Positions 21,607-34,375 of a stretch of 64,000 nt of DNA are shown here, piece after piece (position 1 is the first letter of the stretch; each line of letters starts with the position of its first letter). Origin of the DNA: Camelus ferus. Taxonomy: Eukaryota. The stretch spans positions 14,756,001-14,820,000 of the forward strand of contig NC_045714.1 in NCBI RefSeq assembly GCF_009834535.1, read 5' to 3'. A program made the position numbers and the translations under genes. The notes below the pieces were generated by a model that did not search any database, was not told where the DNA came from, and was given only the letters and a program-made list of their open reading frames with translations.

Positions 21607-22399
21607 GGATTCGGCCCAGCTCTTCCGTGAGGCTCTCAGACGGCCCGCAGGACCTGCTCCCCCAGCCCACCTGTGCAGCCAAGGGCCTGCTGCTCCTGGA
21701 CCCCCGAGGACAAACAGCAGAGGCTGACAGGTATTCAGAAACTCGCACTTCACTGCAGAAATCCCCAGCGGTGTCTCCCCCAACAGTGCACAGCGCTTGC
21801 GCACCAACAGCACGATGGAAACGCCCTGCGAGAATCGTCACTTGTCCTTTTCCAGTTTCCTTTCTGTTGCCTGTTCACAAACCCTGTCAGTGACTTCAGA
21901 AGTTCTGACTTGTATCCTTGGCAAGTGGTTCTTTCTCTTTTCGAGCAACGTACCCTGGTTCCCACGTGTTTTGGGGTAACCGGAGCCCTCTTTTTGCCTC
22001 AGCGAGTAAACCGTGGTGGGAGAGAGGAGGTCCCAGCACCTGAAGGAGGGGCAGCGCCCAGGCGCCCCGAAGTCTGGCTTCTGTTGGACCTGCAAGAGTG
22101 GGGGAGCGGGCAGCCCAGCAAGCTCTCACGGCTGCCCCCACGGTCTCGAGCCTCGTGCCAGGGGAGGCCCTCAACTTGGGATTCAGTTTCCGATGTCAGC
22201 TGCCAGCGCAGAACCTTTGTCCTGTAAACCCGACACCCACTGGGACATGTTGGCATCGACCCAGGGGGTCAGGAGCCCCCAGATCTGACCAGTGCCCTGC
22301 GGTGGCCCACCGCGCGTGCCAGAGCCCTGGAGTCGGCCAGCTGCCAGGCACTTACTTGCTCAGCCCACTCTCCGCCCTCCCTCCACATCAAATCGTTTC

Positions 22400-22580
22400 T
22401 CTGCAGACAAAATGCCTGATGTCTACTGAAGTTTGAACTTCAGATACACGATGAAACTATTTTTAGTAAGTACAGCCAAAAAGTGGCATGGAACACGCTT
22501 ACAGTAAAACTTACTTGCTGTTTATCTAAAATTTAAATTTAACTGGGCTTCATGCATTTTTATTCACTGAATCTACACCC
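22400..22580. mobile_element. MER53-like palindromic MITE relic
   Basis: The left arm GTTTGAACTTCAGATA and the right arm TGTTTATCTAAAATTTAAATTTAACTGGG resemble the MER53 terminal inverted arms (recalled consensus). AT-rich island within GC-rich intron. Confidence 0.6.
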
Positions 22581-23128
22581 CTAACTCTCAACGTAGCAGG
22601 AGCTGAAAGCGGCCAGTGTGCCAGCTGGCTAGGTCTCCGCCCCCCTTTCCACGACCCACTGTCGGGCGGACATGGAAACAGTCCTTCTGACTTGGAGGAG
22701 GCTGTGGAGAAGCTCTCGGGGCTCCTCACCTGCCCATGCTGCCTCCAGGGTGGGGAGAGGGCTGCAGGAGCCTCCATCCTGATCCCTCCCACAGAGGGCC
22801 CCCCCTCACCTGGCCCCCCCCACCCCACAGCATCACCAGAGCCTCCGGTTCTGTCCCCTCGTTTCATCCTCACTCCGACCCTGGGGTTGGAGTCAGTTCC
22901 GAGCCCACTTTACAGAGCGGGGCACTGAGGCTGAGGTGGCCCAGGCCACACAGATGGGAGAGGGGGTGTGGTTCCTTAACCCTTGGGCAGGGATGGGTGG
23001 GAAGGGGCTCCCAGCCCTGGCAGAGGACGGTGGTCCTGCCTTGTGCAGGAAAGGCCTGGGACCTGGTCCCATAGCAGGATGAGCCCCCTCCACCCTTCCC
23101 CTCCTTTCCTCCCCTCCCCCAAGCTCAC

Positions 23129-23323
23129 CGCCACCAGGATCTGCAGGGTGCTGTGCAGGGCCTCCACGTAGCCATGCTCCAGGGTGCAGCCGATGGCCGG
23201 CACTGGGGCCTGGCTGTCTAGAGGGCCCAGGCCAGCTGCTGGCTCCTCTCGCAGACAACCTGGACCATGCTCACGCCACCAGGAGCGGTGCCGGGAGAGG
23301 TTGAAGGTCAGGAGCTTGCTGTC
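23129..23323 (-). CDS. NKAIN4: NKAIN4 exon 4 ([23 protein letters not shown]...[14 protein letters not shown])
   Basis: CCCCAG acceptor, GCG|GTGAGC donor, 195 nt, phase 0-0. Confidence 0.96.
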
Positions 23324-24138
23324 CTGGGGTGAGGGGGTGGAGCTAGGTTAGTGCCAGGGACATGGTCAGCCTCCACCCACCCCAGCCCAGCGTGGGCCCC
23401 CCAGCCCAGCGTGGGTGCCCAGACCTCCCACTTCCCCTGCCTGCAGAGGGGGGCAGGGGCACCAAGGCCCTCTCGGCCATTCTCCTGCAGGGAAGGCCTT
23501 GCTGTTCTTGCCAACAGCCCCCGGCTCACAGCCCCTCCTCCAGGAAGGCCTCCCTGCCCAGGTCGGACCCCCAGGACATGCTCTCACAGTGCCCTGGGCC
23601 CCTCCCTCACCTCTCCAGCGAATGCTGCCGTTTCAGGTGTATTTGAACTAAGGTCTGTCTCTCTCAGTGCCGCCCCAGGTATGGTCCCAGGGAGCAGGGG
23701 CCGTCTGCCCCACCGCACACCTGCCATCCCACTCCTGAGCATTGTGCAAGGATGAACTGAAATGCTTTGTGTGAAGGGCCCAGATCAGCAGCTCAGGCAG
23801 GATTCACTCACACGGGCGCTTCCGCAGCACATGGCTTGGATGTGGTGCCCCCTCCCCACAGGAGGGACCCTGGGCTTTATCAGCATTTGAAAGAGCCGCA
23901 GGAGGACAGTGTCCCCTCTGGCCACACCGGTGCTGTTTCCATCTGCATGCCTCTGCCAAGGCTGGGCCCTCTGCTCCCCTTCCCCAGTCCTGACTCTCCT
24001 TCCAGGCACTGCCCAGGCTCCAAGGCCCCCTCTTCCAGGAAGCCTTTTTTGGTGCATCTCCTTCCAGCTGGTGACCACTTGCCCAGCAATGCCCACAGCC
24101 CCTCATCCATCCATCACATCACTTTCCCCAGACATTCA

Positions 24139-24387
<249 letters not shown>

Positions 24388-25296
24388 CTAGGGAGACAAG
24401 AGAGGGTAGGGGGAGGTGAGCCCAGACCTTGGAGGGGAGGGAGCCCAACTTGCTTTGGCACAGTGCCTTTGGAGGACGAGGCCTCTGCAGCAGTAGAGGG
24501 GTCTCTGCTCCCTGAGTCTGGAGGCCAGGGTGTTCTGTTTGGAGGATGACCATCCCGAGCCCCCTAGGGACAGGTCTCAGCCATGGAGCCTCATACACTG
24601 TGCCAAGAGGGTGGCTGGGCTCCTGCTCCCATGGGAAGAGGGGCGCCCAGGAGATGGGGCTGCCGGGACAGCCAGCTGGAAGGACCCAATCTCCTGGCCC
24701 AGAGGTGCCCATGGCCCGTCCCAGGTGGACCAATGATAAGCAAGGGTATGAGCAGTCTGAACCCCCAAAATCCACCCAAAGAGCCCCTGAGATCTGCTGC
24801 AGGGAAAGGAGGGCTGCCAGCTGGCACCTGCTTTTGTCAAGTTTTACTGAGATGCAGCCACGCCCGGGCTGTGCCAGTGCAGAGCCAGGTACCCTCCACG
24901 GAGACCATGGCCCACAAAGCTTGGGAGACCCACATCTGGGCTTTTACAGAGAAGTGTCTGCTCCAAGCCCTGGTCGAGACCAATTATTTTGATCTGCACT
25001 GAACGAGAATGCTGCTCCGCTTGGAGCAGAACTTTCTGGACATTGTTTGAGCATCTCCAGAGACGGGATGGCAGTGGGGGGAGGGGCGGGGCTGGTGTAC
25101 ACTGGGTTCCAATCCTGCCTTGAACCCCCAGCAGGTGCTCTGCACCCCAGTTTCCCAGAACCATCCCCAAAGCCACAATTTCCAGGTCTGAACTCTGGAA
25201 CTTATCCAGGCTTTGGGAAGGTTTGAGCCCGGGGTTCTGGAAAGATGGTGTATGGCTGAAATCCTGGCCTTTCCGGGTTTCCTGACAGAACTGTCA

Positions 25297-25503
<207 letters not shown>

Positions 25504-27502
25504 CTAGGAGCAGAGCGGGCCTGTGAGGGGCGGCGGACCCCCTGGGGGAGGCCTCAGCCCCCCTCTCCTGCCTGATCATCACCATCCAACACCCACTGCG
25601 GTCCTGGCTCTTCCAACAAAAATCTCCAAATGAGTTGGATGGGCCTGGGAGCATCACTGCTGGGGTGTTCCTCCTCCAGTGAGCCCCCGTCCTCAGTTTC
25701 CTCATCTGCAGAATGGGCTCACAGGGGGCTGCCCTAAGGGGGCTGTAGGGCCAACAGCAAACAGTGGAAGGTGAAGGCCTGGGACACGGGTCCCAGGGTG
25801 CTCTCGGCCGTGAGCAGATGCTGGGCTCCTAGGCCCCCCAGATCAGCACCCTCCTCGTCTGTGGGGCTCTCTCACCATTTTGGGGTACTCCTCCCCTCCG
25901 AGGACTTTCTTTACCCCAGCTCTGTGGACGCCAGCCCTGCAGGCATGGCCAACAGAGGACCAACTCGAGGGAATCAGAGACACCTAAGGAAACTGCTGTT
26001 TCATACGTAGGGAGACAGACTGGCTCTGAGCTCAGTTGACTTCAGGAAGCAGTCATTCATTCCTTCATTCACTCATTCATCACGTTTGTGGGCCGACGAC
26101 ACACTAGGAGAAAGTACAGCTGAATCCGCTGCACCCCAGACACCATCCCACCCGTGTTGAGGACAAGGAAAGCTGGCGCAGCAAGGGCAGAAAGGACCAG
26201 CACGTCCTGGAAGGATGGTGGCAGAGAAGGGACAGCAACCCAGCAGGGCCCATGGCTGCTTCCCACGGTTTCCCCACAGGCCCACTGCGCGCCCAGCACT
26301 CATTGCCACTGGACAGACTACGGAGGCAGGCGAGAGCCATCCCGAAGCACAGCGCCAGCAGAGGCGGAGACAGGGTGTCAGCTGAGCCCTGGGGCGGGGA
26401 GGACTCTGAAGGGCCGGGGGTGGGGTGGGGAGCCCCTCCCAGCAGGTAGCCTCAGGCATGGGAGGGAGACGCCAGTCTTCCCACAGCCAGGCAGGCTAGG
26501 TCACTGCATGCCCCTCCTCAGGACTAGCTGGGCTGAGACCAAGAGCAGAGGGGAGAGGGCAGGACGGGGTGGCAGGGGCCAGCCTCCCTCCCACATGGCC
26601 TGCTGGCCACAGCCAGGGAGCTCCGCACCCCTATCCCCCACCCTGGCCTGTGTCTTGGAGCCCTCTCCGGACCCCGACCAGCCCCCAAGAAGCAGCTGCT
26701 GTGGGAGCGTCCTGGGCACTGCCCAGCTGCCATGGACGGCCCCGAGCTGGGGGCATATATTTCCAAGAGGTTTCAGGGAGGGGGACATTCCAGGCATGCC
26801 CCTTGGAGGGCTGGGGTCCGTCCTAGGAGACAGCTGGGGTGGAGAGGCAGGAGCAAGTGCACAGCAGTGCATCACATCAGGAAATGGCCCTGGTGTTCCC
26901 ACCAGGACAGCGTCCCCCTGCGAGTCACGAGGAGGAGGCTCCCAGCCACGGGGCAGAGCGCCTCCCCTCCATGGCTGAGGTGGACGCCGTCAGGCTGCAG
27001 CCTCCCTGATCACAGCCCTGTGTCCTTCACCCCCAAGGTTGCGAACCTCAGCGACAGTCCTGCTCGGTGGCTTTCTAGGAAAGGGACAAAGGTTGGAGGG
27101 TGCTAACAGGCTGGGGATGGCGAAGAGGGGCCAGTTCAGGGCCGCAGACACACCCGGGGGTGACAGCAGAGACGTAGCTGTGGGTTACAGGCCCCCACGT
27201 GCCCAAGTTCCCACCGCTAAGCTCGATCCCTAACTGCAGCCCCAACAAAGTCCCCACACATGGCACAGAAGAGAGTGGTAATTATGTGCCAGGAAGCAGG
27301 GGGAGGATTGGGGGCTCCTCAGAGGGGTCCTTGGCGCTGATTCTCAGAGCTCCCCCCCAGTCAGCAGGCACAGGACAGAGGGCTGCCCAACAACCTCCAT
27401 GCCCCTGGACAGACCAGGCCAGACATTCACACGGCAGGGAGGACCTTGACAAGTCAAGCTCTGGGCCAAGGCAAGGGCTCCAGCCACTGTCTGGTCTGGG
27501 CT

Positions 27503-27600
27503 CCAGGGCCAGGGGCTGGGAGCTGGCTGCGCCCCAGGGCTGGGGGCTGTGAGCTGGCTGGGCCCAGGGCCGGGAGGGGGTGTGTGTGAGCTGGCTGTGG
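27503..27600 (+). repeat. Short degenerate tandem repeat (about 3 copies of a roughly 30-nt unit)
   Basis: The unit CCAGGGC...GGGGCTG(G/T)GAGCTGGCTG recurs three times. Confidence 0.6.
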
Positions 27601-29759
27601 CTGCGAACAGGCTGCCACACTCAGGGCTCTAAGCCACACCCAGTGTTACCTCACGATGTCCGTGTGTAGGGGTCCAGGCACATCTTAGCTGTCTTCTCAG
27701 CTCAGGGTGTCACCAGGGTGTAAATCAAGGGGCCAGCAGGGACTGAGCAGGGTCTGTCCTGAGCCTCCTGACCTGGGTAGGGGGCTGCATTCTTTTGGGA
27801 TGACCGAAGCTCCTGGCCGGACAGGGTGTGCATCCCTGCTAACCACTCTCTAAGTCTGAGGGGGTTCCCAGGGTCTGCTCACAGAAGACAGACCCTGCGC
27901 TGGCAGGCTGGCCAGCACAGGTGGCGGCCTGTGGGACATCTTTTCATTCTGAAGCCAAAGCACTGGAAGGCTCAGCACCCTGAGATGCCTCAGTGGCCGC
28001 CTGCCCACCCCAAGCCCCTCGCTGAGCCCTGGCTCCTGTCAACGCCTGGGGCACAGCCCGGGAAAGAGTGGGCAAAGGTCAAGCTATTCTTCAGGGAGAA
28101 GGCCCCGGGATGGTCGGGCCTTTGTCCCATAGCTGGGTAACGAGAAAACTCGCACACTTGTCAAAAACAGAAAAGCAAGCCAAGGACCACCCCGCCCACA
28201 GCCTCCCCCTCGGCTCCCCAGCCCCACACACGGTGACCAGAGCGGAGAGGGTGTCAAACCTCTTCCCACTACGCTGGCCCCTCCACTGGGCAGAGCAGGG
28301 GTGGGTGGACAGCCAGGACAAAAGGCTTTTTCGTAGTCCCTGCTGCCTTTCAGCTCTGGCCACTGGCAGCACGGGGACACAGCTCTGTTCTGCCCTCAGG
28401 CTCACCTGGCTGAGACCAAAGAGTCTGCGAGAAGCCCCATCCAGGGAAACCCTGCTGCCCTCCAGCCTAGAGAACCACCCCGCATCAGCTGTAGTCAGAG
28501 TCCCAGCGGCCTGTGCCAGGCCCACCTGTGCACCATCCCCTGTCCTCTGCTGGCCAGACAGGCAACATGGCCCAGCCTGATCCCCAGAGCCCTGGGGCCT
28601 CCTCCCTCACCCACTGCAGCTGTTCCTGCTGCTCTGAATCTCAGCCCACAGTCGCCCTCAGGTGCATCCCTCACACCAAACTCAACCCACAGAAGCCAAA
28701 GTCATGCCACCGCCGAAGCAACTCTGCTTCCTGATGCCCGGACACGGCCAGCCAGCTGCCAGCCTCCAGACTGCAAAGTTCCCCGTCAGCCGGGGCTCCT
28801 CCTGTCCTCCTACCCATGATCCCTTCTTCCCTTCCCTGCCCCCTAGCCCCATCCCCAGGACGGATTCTGGCCACAGAAGGAGCCCTCCCACCCAAAGACA
28901 GTGAGTGACACCTCTGCTCCAAGGCTTGCAATAGCTCCCTATTGCCAGCGCAACAGTCCTCAGGCCTCACAGCCTGCTGCAGAGCCCAGGCTCTCCCTCC
29001 ACCTTATCTGTCCAGCAAAACCCTGCAGACCACCCACCTTCCTCCATGCTCCCCATCAGCCTGCCCCCCATGCTTCTGCAGCACTCAGCTCACAGGGCAG
29101 CTCCAGTACTCCTTCCTTCCTCCAAACAGGACATACCAGCCTGTGCATCTCAGCCCCCTGCCAGCCCTGCCCCCAGGCAAAGGACAGGACCCCAATCCTG
29201 GCACAGCCATGGGTGCAGGAGGACTTCCTACTCACAACATCTTTGAAGCAAGCCCTTCCTCCTCCCCATCAGCCCCCTCTAGCTCAGGAGGAAGCACCCT
29301 GCCAGCTGAGCCAGGAGCACACCCAGCACCCTTCCACAAAGCAGCATTTCCCTTTTAAGACCAGAGTTCCAGGAACCTATCAGCATCTTCTCCCCAGCCC
29401 TGGGCCTCTACTCCAGGGCTCTAGGAGTGAGAACTACTCGGAGTCCCTGGAGCTCTAAGGGCAGGCGAAAACTTGGCCAAGGGATGTCCAAGTTCTTTGA
29501 CAAAGCTTTGTACCCAGGGGGCCCAGCTAATCCTGGACACAAGAGACAGAAACGCAGCCCCAGGCACCCGCCTCTTCTCCACTCCCCATCTCCCCTGGCC
29601 AGGGCAAAAGGGGAGGGGCCACCTCCTCCACCGGCTTGGGAGGGGCCAGGGGCCGGCAGGGTGGGCCTCACACACCCCACACCCCCCACACCCCAAGACA
29701 GACACACACACACCCCTGTACACGCTCCTTGCGTGCACACTTGGGGCCACACACACTTT

Positions 29760-30700
29760 CTGTCACGCGTGGACGCCGGTGCCCCTTCCCCGCCGCGCGC
29801 ACAGGACTTGGAGATCGCGGGCTAGGCGCCCGGGCCTGAAGGCTTTTGTTCCTCGCCAGCCAATTCCAGCAGCTCCCCAGCACCTGCCCAGCCGCTTGGG
29901 GCCCCGCGGCTGCCCCCGAGATCCGCGCGCGAGCACACACGCTGTGGGGCTCGCGGGGTTGCACCGAGGGGCCGTCGGGGTCGCGCACAGGGCGCTGGCT
30001 TCCCACGCCCCTGGCAGCTGCCGGGAACTTCGGCCGCAGAAGCTCTCGGGTCTGAGCTGTGCCCAGTCAGGAGCCTCCAGAGGCAGGCGCGGACCCAGCG
30101 GGCAGGGCTGGGGTCGGGGGACGGCGCCCGGATCCCCCATTGTGCAGGGACTGCGGGTCCCGAGGAGGGGTCGCCGCTCACCAGCTGGAAAGTGCAGAGG
30201 AAGATGAGCGCGCAGCGGCCAGAGCAGCAGCCCATGATGTCTGCCCGGCTCGCGGGCGTCGCCTCTGCCAGTCTGAACCAGAAGCCACCCGCGCGCGGGA
30301 TGCCCAACGCCTCGGCCCGCAGCCCCAGCAGCGCAGCTCCCCCCATTCCTGCCCCCCCGCCCCGCCTCCGGCCCCGCCCCGCCGCGCAGCGCCCTGCCCG
30401 CCCCGGCCCCTCGGCCCCGCCCCACCCTGCAGACCACCCCCATTCCCGGCCCTGCCGGCTCTGCCCTAGATCCCTGGTCCCTTCAGTCCCTGGCGGCCCC
30501 TGACCCCGCCCCACAGACTTGAGACCGCCTCTGGCCAGGTCGCACCAGGCACATCCCTCCGTCCTCCCGCCCTCCCCTCGCCGGCCCTTGGCCCTGGGCC
30601 AGTCCCTGCGCGCCCCCTCCTCGGGCTGCCCTCGGCCCAGCTCCGCCCCTCGGAATAACAGCTGCGCCTCGTCTTTCTCCCACAGCCCCAGACTGGACTG
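29760..30700. promoter_or_regulatory. NKAIN4 CpG island / promoter
   Basis: CpG-dense with multiple CCCGCCCC GC boxes upstream of exon 1. Boundaries approximate. Confidence 0.8.
30182..30235 (-). CDS. NKAIN4: NKAIN4 exon 1 (MGCCSGRCALIFLCTFQL), Na+/K+-ATPase interacting protein 4
   Basis: ATG at 30235-30233, CTG|GTGAGC donor. The seven exons sum to 624 nt (207 aa). Confidence 0.97.
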
Positions 30701-32399
30701 GAAGCCTCTGAGGGGCTTCTCGCCAGCTGGGGAGGGGGCGAGGAACCCTTTCTTAAAGGGGCGATGGCACGACTCCTCAGGCTGTGTGGAGCGGTGAGGG
30801 TCAGCCTGTGGCCCAGAGACAGACCCAAAGCTGCTGCAAAGCCACTCCGCAGAGTCCAGGAAAACCCCATGATACTCTCCTGCCAGGCATCTCCTGGGTC
30901 TTTGAGTGACCTACCCAATCAGCCTCCTTCCTGGTGAGGCCTCAGGCACACCGCATTCCTGAGGCATCCTGGACCAGCTCAGAAGTCCCCCTCCTGGGGG
31001 TGAGGACCCAGGAGTAGGAGGAGGGGTGAGCTGGCCTACCAGGAGCTCACCTGCCCAGGCAATGTGGGGGGACCTGCAGGCCAGGTCTGCTCTTTGAGGG
31101 GCCAGGCCAGGGTCAGGCCTGAGGGGAAGAGAGGGACCTGGGAGACCTTGGGTTGCAGGCAGCCCTGGGGCAATGGTCCTGCATTTAGTGGGGGGAGGAC
31201 TGGGCCAGGACCCCGATGTGCAAAGGTGCAGAGGTGGGACTGACAAGGTGTGGGGCAGATGGTGAGAGGGGAGGCAGGTAGGGTGGGGCCCAGCAGTTTG
31301 GGCACAGACTAGCTTGGACTTTATTCTGTTGGTCATAGGGAGCCACTGGGGTCTAGATCAGGGTAGGCCGTGACCAAGTGACTCTTGTGCTGGGAGGCAG
31401 GAGGTGGTCCTGGCCAGGACCTAACAGAGTGGCAGTGGGTGGGGGGAGGGGGCACAGCACATTGCATTTCAGCTTTGGGCCATTGTTCTTGGCTCCAGGG
31501 GTCCAGGGCCAGGTCCCAGCCCTGCAGTGATGATGGGCACTGGACATCGGGTCTTTGGAGATCTGGCTGCCCTGTTATCAGCTACCCCCTTCACGCAGGA
31601 GGGACCTGAGACTAATTTCCCATGGCAAGCTCAGTTCCTGACCTCGCTCATGTGATTTCACAGACTAGCCAGAGTTTTCCCATGCGAGTTTTTGGCTGAC
31701 TGTCCTGCAGTCCCTGGAAGCGGGAGAGGCCAAGTTCATCGGTACATTTGATGGAGGAGCAAGGTCAAGTCCTCCTAAGGTCTTCAGCGAATTGGGGATG
31801 AAGCCGCACCAGATGCCTAACCCAGGCTCTACTTGGGGGGGCAGCTCCCAGACCCCGGCAAACAGAAGGGGTGGGAGGAAAGGTCTGGTGAGCTGGGAGG
31901 GGGTCCTCAGGCTGTTTGTCAATGGGAGGGAACAGGACGCCCGTGGGGCACAAGGAGGGCCCCGGACACCACTCAGTACAGCCACGGTGGGGCTGGGCCA
32001 GGGGAGCAGGAGGGGCCTCTGAAGCCCCCCAGAGTGACACCCAGTCCCTGGCATGATGACTCAGCAGGCCTGAAGAGACCCCCCTCCTGGGAAAAACTTG
32101 GACTCACTGCCCAAGGTCTTTGACCTTCCTTGCACGTCTTGACCTTCACAGTGAGCTGAGTGAGAGTGGCAGGACTCCCCAGGAGGGTGTTCATGAGAAA
32201 TGACTCAGTGAAGGAGCAGGTGGCAAGGGGATCTCTTCAACGGCAGCATCGTGAGGTGTGGGCCTGTGACTGCTGTGGGGGAGGGGGTCTGGCCGCAGCC
32301 CTGGGCTCCTCCCACCAGACGCCAGCGACACTCCTGCCAGTCATGAAGGTCAAAGACGTATCCAGAGAAGGACAAACGTCCCTTGGGACCGCCCTCACT

Positions 32400-33130
32400 C
32401 TTGTCCAGGTGGCCTCGATTTTATAGAAAGCCCTGCGTCTGCTCCGAATGGCATAGATCAAGGGGGCGGGACGGGGATCGCGTCGCCAACTGACAGTCCT
32501 GGAATGGAGCAGAGTAAACGTCTCCCCTGCACGCATTTGCCCACCTGTGCTGGGACGCGTGGGGAATGGCTGCCACTGCGCTGTCTGCAGACCGAAGCCA
32601 GACTAAATAGTTGTAGTTTCCAACAAGCGCCGGAAAAGAAGAGCGCCGTTCAAAACCGCGAGAGACCACTTCACACGCACTGGGATGGCTGGAACCCACA
32701 GACAGACACAGCAGGCCTTGGCCAGGACTCAGAGACACCAGAACCCTCACACCCTGCTAGAGAGGGCGCAAAACAGTGCAGCCGCGGTGGAAAACTGCCC
32801 GGCAGACCCTCAGAGGTTAAATGTGAGGTTACTGTAGGGCCCAGCATTTCTATTCCTGGGTATTTTCCTGAAAGAAACAGAAATACCCTCATAAAACCGT
32901 GTGCACAGCGTTTCAGCACCAGCGTTTCTAATAGCCCAAGCGGAAACAACCCAAGCGTCCCTAACTGGGTGGATACATCTAAAATGTGGTCCAGCCGCTG
33001 AGGGACTGTCCCTTGGCTCCAAGAAGGAATCAAGCTTCGGATATGCGCTGTACCTCGGCCGAACATTGAAAACGCCAAGTGAAAGGAGTCATCGTGGGCC
33101 ATCCATTCCTGAAAACTGATGCCAGGGGAG
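32400..33130 (+). mobile_element. Ancient L1M-type LINE 3' fragment (GC-shifted)
   Basis: GACCACTTCACAC..CACTGGGATGGCT; CCCAGCATTTCTATTCCTGGGTATTT; TAATAGCCCAAGCGGAAACAACCCAAGCGTCC follow the L1M ORF2-end/3' UTR motif order. Confidence 0.7.
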
Positions 33131-33920
33131 GGGGGAGCCCTGCTAGCCTCCCCTTCTGGCACCTCCTGGCGGCCTCCTGAGCGTCACCTGTTCCAGAAGT
33201 ACACGTCCTGGTGGAGGGGTCAGGGATCCATCAGAGCAGCTCAGACACTGACCTCTCACATGTGGGGCTCTGCATGGGGTCGATGGTGTCCATATACCCA
33301 GGGCAGGCAAGCTGCTGTGGACGGGACGAGGGGCTCCCCCCTACTCCTGCCCCGGAGTGCAGAGGGCAGCAAGTCTATGACTGGGTCATCCCTGGGCTGT
33401 GGGGTTTTACATAACACCTCATTTCACATTCCTTCTTGCTGAGGGTTAATGGTTCCTGAGAGCTGAATGGTGCCAGATCCGCATTTGACGTAGACTCCCA
33501 GACAGGAAGTCACTGATCAGAGGCACCCACACCGGCCTCCGGATTCAGGACAGCAGAAACGGCAATGCTGTGAGTCAAGACCAGAGAACAGGGGTGAGCT
33601 CTCTTCAGGCCCCCAGCAGACCGCCCAAGGGGCTGGGGGACGGATGGCAGCCTGACACCGGGCAACAATGCCAAGTCAGCAAGGCGAGGTCAGGAGTGCT
33701 CGCACCACCCGCGTCTGAGCACTGACAGCACGAAGGGAGGAAGCCCTGCTCTGGGGTCTGCGGACCGAACCGGCGCAGTCAGGGGAAAGTGTCCCTGGTT
33801 TCCAGACAGCAAAAACAGGCACTCCGAGTATGGGACTGTTTCCCTCTGGGTTGGAGGGGTCTTTCCCAGGGAAGGCCTCCAGGCAGGGCTGCAGGGCAGG
33901 GCTCTGTGTGTGCTTCCTTA

Positions 33921-34375
33921 ATGCACCCAGTCATTCATTTGCTGTGGCAGCCGTAACAGTTCACTACAAACTGGGGGCAGGGGGAGGGCTTAAAGCAACA
34001 GAAATGTTTTCTCTGAGGTTCTGGAGGCCAGAGTCCAAAATCAAGGTGTCTGCAGGCAGGGTCACCTCCTTCCAGAGGCTCCAGACCCATCCTCGACTTC
34101 CAGCTCTGGGGGCTCCAGGCGTCCCTGGGCTTGTGGCTACATCACGCCCATCTCTGCCTCCATCTTCACGTGGCCCTTTTCTCTATCTGTCCTCTGCTGT
34201 CTCTTGTAAAGACACTGATGATGGCCTTTAGGGCTGACCCAAGTAATCCGGGACAGTCTCATTCGAGGCCCTTAACCCAGTCACAACTGTGAAGACCCTT
34301 GTCCTAAACAAGTTCCCGTTCACAGATTCCAGGCATTAGGAACATGTCCTCTGGAGGCCACCACTCGACACTACA
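33921..34375 (-). mobile_element. MLT1-type MaLR solo LTR
   Basis: TTAAAGCAACAGAAATGTTTTCTC..GTTCTGGAGGCCAGAGTCCAAAATCAAGGTGTC..CTCTTGTAAAGACACT..GTAATCCGGGAC are characteristic MLT1 blocks. Confidence 0.85.

Noticed and set aside
21207-21893. 228-aa + ORF with poly-Gly and poly-Leu
   Set aside because: The homopolymer peptides come from the G24 and (TCC)n tracts. A + strand acceptor near 21231 exists but has no supporting gene structure.
29822-30514. In-frame N-terminal extension of NKAIN4
   Set aside because: No upstream ATG in frame, ordinary GC-rich 5' UTR and promoter.
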